NCBI GenBank assembly: GCA_963662795.1
Contig: OY759746.1
Coordinates: 640,001 to 704,000, forward strand
Source: Spirochaetia bacterium
GTDB taxonomy: Bacteria > Spirochaetota > Spirochaetia > CADAEX01
Direction of reading: 5' to 3'
Length of the DNA stretch: 64,000 nt
In this document: in pieces, positions 57,645-64,000 of the stretch
Layout: the number at the start of each line of letters is the position of its first letter
Numbering within the stretch: the first letter of the stretch is position 1
Made by a program: the position numbers and the translations under genes
The notes under the pieces: generated by a model
What the model was told of the DNA's origin: nothing
What the model saw: the letters and a program-made list of their open reading frames with translations, nothing else
Databases searched by the model: none

Positions 57645-58940
57645 GTGCAGCCAGTAATATTATTAATAGGTAAAATCAGAAATTATATTTTTTATTTTTT
57701 TATATTTCTGTTTATCATAACACTTGTTTATCTACTCTCATTATACTCATTCAAAAAGGTAGAAGATCTGGTTTCATACCGGGTTGAAATAAGCAGAATA
57801 TATGAAAAATGGCTTGTTGTAAAATCTGATGCCCTCAGCTATCTTAAATCCGACAAGCAGGAAAACATAAAAGCAAAACTCAATCAAAGTCTAAAAATAT
57901 TTGAAAGGGATTTTCTTTTTTTCTCCAGAACTGAATTTAATGCTTTAAAAAAAGAATCTCCTGAGATTTTTGAGAACAGCAGACTTCTTATTAATTCATG
58001 GCAAAAGGTTCAGACAAATGTGAGGGAGATTCTTCAGACAGACAGCAGTTTTGAAAATTTCAGCCGACAGATTTACTGGATTTCAAATGATACAGTTGTT
58101 TTCGAACAGAATCTGAAAGAACTTCTGCTTTGGTTTGATTCCTACAACAGCAGCCAGATGCTGTTTCACTGGAGATCATTCTATTTTTTTGCTGTTGTAA
58201 TAATCCTCGCAACATTATTTGCAGCAAGACTTGGAAAAAAATACTTGAAGGAGAAAATTGAAAAGGAGAAAACCCTTGAATTGATGCATTCGATTGTATC
58301 TGAACGGGAATCAGAAAGATTAAAAATTGCTCTTGAGATACACGATACAATAATACAGGATCTGACATTTTCCAGAATGCTTTGCGGGGATTTAAGTGAT
58401 TCACTTCTGCGTATGGATACTCAGCTGAAACTAGATGAACTTACAAAAATTATTATGAAGGCGATAAAGCAGATCAGGGAAATCACATATGACCTTATGC
58501 CGCCGGAACTTGAAAACAATGATATTGAGAGCATCTTTTCAAACTACTGCAGGAATTTTATGAATAAAAGCGGTATAAATACAGCACTTAACGTTACTGG
58601 CTTTAAAAATATTAGAATCAACGATTCACAGAGACTTACTCTTTACAGGATACTTCAGGAGTGCCTGACAAATTCAAGAAAACACTCCGGGGCGAAAAAT
58701 ATTTCAGTAAAGCTTTTGCTTACATATCCGTATATTATCTTCAGGGTATCGGATGACGGAAAAGGGATTGATCAAAATTTAATTGATAAAAATCCTGATC
58801 AGCGTATCCATATAGGGCTTAAGGGGATACAGGAGCGGGTTGCCATGTTTGATGGCGAGATGAACATCAAAAATATTCCGGGAAGAGGATTTTCAATTGG
58901 AATTAAAATGAAGCTGAGGGAGATGCAGGATGAAAAATAA
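57645..58940 (+). CDS. Membrane sensor histidine kinase (HisKA_3, NarX/DegS-like)
   Basis: 2 TM segments, ERLKIALEIHD, QECLTNSRKHS, DDGKG, GLKGIQER. Confidence 0.92.
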   Translation: MQPVILLIGKIRNYIFYFFIFLFIITLVYLLSLYSFKKVEDLVSYRVEISRIYEKWLVVKSDALSYLKSDKQENIKAKLNQSLKIFERDFLFFSRTEFNALKKESPEIFENSRLLINSWQKVQTNVREILQTDSSFENFSRQIYWISNDTVVFEQNLKELLLWFDSYNSSQMLFHWRSFYFFAVVIILATLFAARLGKKYLKEKIEKEKTLELMHSIVSERESERLKIALEIHDTIIQDLTFSRMLCGDLSDSLLRMDTQLKLDELTKIIMKAIKQIREITYDLMPPELENNDIESIFSNYCRNFMNKSGINTALNVTGFKNIRINDSQRLTLYRILQECLTNSRKHSGAKNISVKLLLTYPYIIFRVSDDGKGIDQNLIDKNPDQRIHIGLKGIQERVAMFDGEMNIKNIPGRGFSIGIKMKLREMQDEK

Positions 58941-59604
58941 TTACACTGTAGTAATAATTGACGACCATCACCTCATCCGTGAAGGATTAAAATCAGTTAT
59001 TAATAAAAGCAGAAAACTTACTGTTGCCGGAGAGGCTGATAACGTTGATGACGGGTATGAACTTGTCATGAAAATCAAACCTGATATTGTACTGCTTGAT
59101 CTTATACTGCACGGAGCTTCAGGCCTTGAACTTGGAAAACGGCTGATTAAAGCGGACCATGAGTTAAAAATAATTGCAATTACAATGCATTCTAAAATTC
59201 AGTATATTATCAGCGCGCTTGAAAACGGAATCAGGGGCTATATTCTCAAGGACACATCCCCGGAAATTATTCTAAAAGGGATTGAAAAAGTTTTAGAGGG
59301 TGAAATATTTATTGATAGTTATATATCAAACAAGGTTATTTCAAAACTTATACAGAAAGGCGTAGACAGCAGCGAAATATTCAGCAGCAAGCCGTATGAA
59401 TCGCTTTCAACAAGGGAGCAGGAGGTCTTAAGGCTTCTTGTTAACGGGGTATCGATAAAACAGATCGGAAATGAACTTTTTATTAGCTCAAAAACAGTTG
59501 AAAATCACAAAGCCAGCATAATGGCAAAGCTTAAATGTAAAAATATGGTTGAACTTGTGAGATTTGCTTTTGAGATAGGACTTGTTGACACTTCAGATCC
59601 CTGA
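58930..59604 (+). CDS. NarL/FixJ-family response regulator
   Basis: DDH, LLD, GYILK, LSTREQEVL...SKTVENH. Confidence 0.93.
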   Translation: MKNNYTVVIIDDHHLIREGLKSVINKSRKLTVAGEADNVDDGYELVMKIKPDIVLLDLILHGASGLELGKRLIKADHELKIIAITMHSKIQYIISALENGIRGYILKDTSPEIILKGIEKVLEGEIFIDSYISNKVISKLIQKGVDSSEIFSSKPYESLSTREQEVLRLLVNGVSIKQIGNELFISSKTVENHKASIMAKLKCKNMVELVRFAFEIGLVDTSDP

Positions 59605-60855
59605 CCCTGCCTTTTTATCATTCTTCTCTATCAGATAAACAAAACCTGCAGATGCAGCAAGCATCATTGATAAGACAAGGAACATCAGATCGATTCCCAT
59701 ATATGGGAGCAGGAAAAAGGCAAGCGGGGGACCGGCGGCACTTGCGAGGTCTCCTGCCGTAAGAACAAATCCTATTGCCCGCCCCTGCCGGTTTGTTCCT
59801 GCCATGTCGCCGGCTATTGTTCTCATCAGCACATTGATGCTGCTTCCCGGTACAGAACCGAGCAGCAGCCCGGCAAATATTAAAACAGGCATTTTAAGGG
59901 TAATCATAAAAAGACCGAGGCTTCCGCATAACAGGCATATTACAACAGCAGACCACCTGTCTTTGAATCTGTCAGAAAGGAAACCGGCAGCCGGAGCTGA
60001 TATCATGCTGATTACAGTTTTTGAACTGCTTATAATCCCTGTCAGAGTTGAAATACCGATTAACGCAAGCCCTGGAGATATTTTATCTCTTGTTATAACG
60101 CTTAACAGAGCTGCTACAAAGCCTGAAAAGACAAACCGCGATATACCAAGTACTCCTGCGGCAAGGTAGATTTTACTGTTAAACTTTATTTTATAATCTT
60201 TTTTTATATCTGAGAACGAAGGTCTTGGATAAACTGTTTCATTCAGTGCCGGCATAAATATATAAACTGCAATAACGCTTGCAAGTGAAATTGTACCATT
60301 TACAGCCATTGCTCCCCGGTAACCGATAATATCGGAAAGAAAACCGCCGAGAAAAGACCCGAATGCGCTTCCTGCCAGAGTCCAGACATGATAGAGCCCT
60401 ATCCATTTCCCCCTGTTTTCAGGATTGGTTTCTGCAAGCAGTATACTTGTTCCGCCGATTGAGATTCCTGACCAGGCAACCCCCCACAGGATCCTCGCCG
60501 CAAAAAGAGGCCAGAATCCTGTAAATGCGGCATAGGAAAGAGTCGAAAGTGATCCCGCCAGCAGAGAGAGGATAAAAATCTGTCTTTTCCTGCCGAAATC
60601 AAAAAGGTATCCTGAAATTGTGTTTGAAAAAATTCTGACAAAACGGTTGATTCCCATCAGGATACCGACTGCAGCAAGGGTTATTCCTGCCGCCTCAATA
60701 TGCAGGGGCAGGATTGTATAGATGGTACTGTCACCGAGCATAGACATTGCCGAGCCGAATCCAAGCGGAATAATAATTCTGTAAAAACTTTTATCTTTCA
60801 ATGTCGATATTTTATTTAACAACAGTCGGATCCAGATTATCCCTGACCCAGTCAC
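59593..60855 (-). CDS. MFS transporter
   Basis: About 12 TM segments, GFLSDRF motif; exact start uncertain. Confidence 0.85.
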   Translation of the reverse strand: MTGSGIIWIRLLLNKISTLKDKSFYRIIIPLGFGSAMSMLGDSTIYTILPLHIEAAGITLAAVGILMGINRFVRIFSNTISGYLFDFGRKRQIFILSLLAGSLSTLSYAAFTGFWPLFAARILWGVAWSGISIGGTSILLAETNPENRGKWIGLYHVWTLAGSAFGSFLGGFLSDIIGYRGAMAVNGTISLASVIAVYIFMPALNETVYPRPSFSDIKKDYKIKFNSKIYLAAGVLGISRFVFSGFVAALLSVITRDKISPGLALIGISTLTGIISSSKTVISMISAPAAGFLSDRFKDRWSAVVICLLCGSLGLFMITLKMPVLIFAGLLLGSVPGSSINVLMRTIAGDMAGTNRQGRAIGFVLTAGDLASAAGPPLAFFLLPYMGIDLMFLVLSMMLAASAGFVYLIEKNDKKAGSGI

Positions 60856-61669
60856 CTACAATACTCATAGCCAGTGTAGTCAGAAAAATAACTATTCCCG
60901 GAATAACAGCCATCCACCATTGGGACATAAGATACCCTCTTCCATAAGCCATCATGCTGCCGAGGCTTGTCTCCGGCGGCTGTATTCCCAGCCCGATAAA
61001 ACTTAAAGAAGTTTCAACTATGATTTTCTGCGGGAAATTAAGGGTAAACTGCACAATAATAATATTTGAGACATTTGGGAAAATGTGTCTTGCATAAATT
61101 CTGAACGGGGTCGCTCCAAGCTGTTTGACAGCAACAGCATAGCCGTCCTCCTGAGCGGATAGCGCCATTCCCCTGGCAAGACGTGCAAATCTCATCCAGC
61201 CCTGTATCCCCAGCAGAATAACAAAAAGAATAATATTGTTGCCGAAAAAAGCCAGAACCAGAAGAGCCATTATCATGAACGGCATCGCATACTGAAAATC
61301 AACAAGAGTCATAAGTATCTCGTCAACAATGCCCTTGAAATGCGCAGCTATAAAACCGACAATTGTTCCGAGTACCGCAGTTATGATCGACCCGATAAAC
61401 GCGACTGTAAGACTGGTATAAATTGATCGTATCAGCCTGCTTAAGGTATCCCGGCCGAGAGCATCTGTTCCGAAAAATCCCTGATCGCCTCCCATAAAAG
61501 AAGGAGGGGCCAGCCTGTTAACAAGATCTGTTGACACGGGATCATAAGGCATTAAGTATTTATGAAATATAGCTATCAGAAAAACAGTAATAATCCATAC
61601 TATTGCGATAAAAATCAAAGGAGGAACTTTTCTGAAAAACTCATTAAAAGCATTTTTCTGTTTCAGCAT
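60812..61669 (-). CDS. Peptide/nickel ABC permease (OppC/DppC)
   Basis: FGTDALGRD, ETSLSFIGLGIQPP. Confidence 0.9.
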   Translation of the reverse strand: MLKQKNAFNEFFRKVPPLIFIAIVWIITVFLIAIFHKYLMPYDPVSTDLVNRLAPPSFMGGDQGFFGTDALGRDTLSRLIRSIYTSLTVAFIGSIITAVLGTIVGFIAAHFKGIVDEILMTLVDFQYAMPFMIMALLVLAFFGNNIILFVILLGIQGWMRFARLARGMALSAQEDGYAVAVKQLGATPFRIYARHIFPNVSNIIIVQFTLNFPQKIIVETSLSFIGLGIQPPETSLGSMMAYGRGYLMSQWWMAVIPGIVIFLTTLAMSIVGDWVRDNLDPTVVK

Positions 61670-61670
61670 A

Positions 61671-62603
61671 TTACACCCCCCCCTTTTTTGTTCTTATGCG
61701 GGGATCAAGAATACCATAAAGAATATCAACAATCAGATTTGCAGTAACAATAGTTATACTTAAAAGCATAACTATTGCCTGAACAACAGACAGATCTCTT
61801 GCCCCTACAGAAGTAACAAGCAGTCTGCCCACCCCCGGCCAGGCAAATACTGTTTCTATGACAATACTTCCTGCAATAATTCTCCCTACCGTTGCTCCTA
61901 TTATTGTTATTACCGGTATTGCCGCGTTAGGCAGGGCATGCCCGTATATAACCCTGTTTCTCGAAAGGCCTCCTGCAATTGCTGTCCTTATATAGGGTTT
62001 GGTAAGAACAGAAAGCATTGAAGACCTTGTAAACCGCGAATAAGATCCGACATAAGCCAGGCCTGTTGTAAGCAGAGGCAGTATGATATGTTTCCAGGAG
62101 TCGCTCCCGCTGCTCGGCAGTATTTTAAGTTTAACGCTGAAAAGAAGGATCAGAAGGATTCCCAGAAAAAAGTTAGGCATGCTGAACCCGAAAACAGCGG
62201 TTCCCATTGTAAAGCGGTCTATAAATGTATTTCTGTTAAGCGCGGCTTTAACTCCCATGGGAATTGCAATAATTACAGCAAACACAATTGAAAGCGTCAT
62301 CAGGTAAATTGTTTTAGGAAGTCTTTCCGCCAAAATATCAGTAACCGGCCTCCTGTCTCTGTATGACTGACCGAAATTACCTTTAAGTATATTAAGCCAG
62401 TAAACACCATATTGTTCATAAATCGGCTTATCAAGTCCCCACATGGATCTAAAAAGCTCTATATCCTGCTGCGTAGCATCCTCAGGCAGCATAGCCTGTG
62501 CCGGGTCGCCGGTAGCTCTTAAAACTACAAAGACAAATGTTACTACAAGTACCATTGTAAAAAGAGCTCTTGCAATTTTACCAAGAAAATATGTTATATG
62601 CAT
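61671..62603 (-). CDS. Peptide/nickel ABC permease (OppB/DppB)
   Basis: GDPA, RSSML, HALPNA, IETVFAWPGVG, LDPRI; start moved to 62603. Confidence 0.9.
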   Translation of the reverse strand: MHITYFLGKIARALFTMVLVVTFVFVVLRATGDPAQAMLPEDATQQDIELFRSMWGLDKPIYEQYGVYWLNILKGNFGQSYRDRRPVTDILAERLPKTIYLMTLSIVFAVIIAIPMGVKAALNRNTFIDRFTMGTAVFGFSMPNFFLGILLILLFSVKLKILPSSGSDSWKHIILPLLTTGLAYVGSYSRFTRSSMLSVLTKPYIRTAIAGGLSRNRVIYGHALPNAAIPVITIIGATVGRIIAGSIVIETVFAWPGVGRLLVTSVGARDLSVVQAIVMLLSITIVTANLIVDILYGILDPRIRTKKGGV

Positions 62604-62613
62604 TTTTTCAACC

Positions 62614-63624
62614 TCACAGCTCACCTGGCCTGTAACAGGCCACCTTATGATTATTTCCTTTATCTTCAAGCAAAGGTTCTTCTATCCGGCATTTATCTAT
62701 TGCTATAGGGCATCTTGAGGAAAACCGGCAGCCCCGGGGAAGGTTAACCGGGCTCGGAGGTTCTCCCGGAAGTATGATTCTTTCCTTTTTAAATGAAGGG
62801 TCCGGGACAGGAATTGATGCAATCAGTGCTTTAGTGTAAGGATGTGCTGTATTTTTAAAAAGTTCCGTGCAGTCAGCCTCTTCAACAATTTTACCAAGAT
62901 ACATGACTGCAACCCGGTTGCATATATAACGGATAATTCTTAAATCATGACTTATGAAAATATAAGTAAGACCGCGTTCCTTCTGTAAATCCTTAAGCAG
63001 GTTGATCACCTGTGCCTGTATCGAAACATCTAACGCAGAGACAGGTTCGTCACACACAAGCAGATCAGGCTCAAGAATAAGCGCTCTTGCAAGGACAGCC
63101 CGCTGCCTCTGACCTCCGCTTATTTCATGAGGAAACCTGTCATACATATAATCTTCCATACCTACAGATCCAAGAAGTTTTATTGCTTTTTCCCTTCTTT
63201 CGCCTGGAATTCCGATTTTGTGAATATCAAGAGGTTCTTTTATCTGCCTGCCTATTGTCATGTAGGGGTCAAGTGCACCCAGGGGATCCTGAAAAATCAT
63301 CTGCATATCTTCCCTCAAAGCTCTCCACTTTGCAGGTTTCAGGTTAGTCATTTCAAGTCCCCTATAAAGCACTTCGCCGGAGGTTGGAGATATCATATTA
63401 AGAACAAGTTTTGCTGTAGTTGACTTTCCGCATCCGCTTTCCCCGACTATCCCGAATGTTTCGCCTTTTTTTACATTAAAATTAATCCCGTCTACAGCCC
63501 GGAGCTTTCTTTTTTTTCCGAATAATGTTTCGCTCTTGACAGAAAAATGACAGACAAGGTCTTTTATTTCCATAATAGAGCTGCTGTTTTTATTTTTATC
63601 CAGGTTTATTATTCCGGTTGCCAT
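62614..63624 (-). CDS. Peptide ABC ATPase (OppF/DppF)
   Basis: GESGCGKST, ISGGQRQR, DEPVSALDVSIQAQ, HPYT, C-terminal Cys motif. Confidence 0.92.
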   Translation of the reverse strand: MATGIINLDKNKNSSSIMEIKDLVCHFSVKSETLFGKKRKLRAVDGINFNVKKGETFGIVGESGCGKSTTAKLVLNMISPTSGEVLYRGLEMTNLKPAKWRALREDMQMIFQDPLGALDPYMTIGRQIKEPLDIHKIGIPGERREKAIKLLGSVGMEDYMYDRFPHEISGGQRQRAVLARALILEPDLLVCDEPVSALDVSIQAQVINLLKDLQKERGLTYIFISHDLRIIRYICNRVAVMYLGKIVEEADCTELFKNTAHPYTKALIASIPVPDPSFKKERIILPGEPPSPVNLPRGCRFSSRCPIAIDKCRIEEPLLEDKGNNHKVACYRPGEL

Positions 63625-63653
63625 GAACACCTCATTAGTTTTATATCTGTAAA

Positions 63654-64000
63654 TTATATTTCTGCGTGAAAACAGGCAGCCTTATGGTCTTCTGATCCCA
63701 GAGATTCAAGCACCGGCTGCTTTTTAAGGCAAATTTCTGTGCTGCGGCTGCATCTCGGCTGAAAACAGCATCCGGAAGGCCGGTTTTCCGGGGAAGGAAC
63801 CACTCCCTCTATGGGAACAAGAGGCCTTTCTTTATCATCAGTCATTCTGGGAAGCGATTTTAAAAGTCCCTGTGTATAAGGATGGGCCGGGTTTTTAAAA
63901 AGAACATCTACCGGAGCTTCTTCAACAACCAGGCCTGCATATAAAACAAAAACCCGCTCCACATTTTCTGCTATAACACCAAGATCATGTGTTATCAAAA
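63654..64000 (-). CDS. Peptide ABC ATPase (OppD/DppD), C-terminal part
   Basis: ITHDLGV, HPYTQGLL, GC.F.PRC; 5' end lies outside the window. Confidence 0.88.
   Translation of the reverse strand, partial: LITHDLGVIAENVERVFVLYAGLVVEEAPVDVLFKNPAHPYTQGLLKSLPRMTDDKERPLVPIEGVVPSPENRPSGCCFQPRCSRSTEICLKKQPVLESLGSEDHKAACFHAEI

Noticed and set aside
1-64000. CRISPR array, prophage, defence system, rRNA
   Set aside because: No regularly spaced repeats or diagnostic genes were seen on reading; a very degenerate array could be missed by eye

Overview
Bacterial chromosomal window, probably from an anaerobic spirochaete; this is inferred from protein families and not verified. In order: a truncated GAF sensor gene, tRNA-Ile2(CAT), a yjdF riboswitch with yjdF, hslO, and a 302-bp internally deleted IS481-family element. 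Next is a visibly AT-richer sigma54-controlled catabolic block (DUF1537 kinase, Fe-ADH, PdxA2, DapA-like lyase, polar amino-acid ABC transporter, aminotransferase). It is followed by a PII-like + PTS-EIIA + MbhA-H-type Mrp antiporter operon with no hydrogenase genes, putP, and a complete V/A-type ATPase operon ending in USP + a second EIIA. The rest holds pyrK-pyrD-carA-carB, two secreted glycan-active-like proteins, a LysR/aconitase/PrpF/TctCBA/citrate-lyase cluster (candidate trans-aconitate fermentation), a tandem-duplicated TIM-barrel + phosphonoacetate hydrolase unit with one hydrolase copy decayed, an orphan TAXI binding protein facing a NarL-type two-component system, an MFS and an Opp/Dpp ABC transporter. 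Many operon-leading genes appear leaderless. All calls come from motif recognition by eye; no database searches were run.
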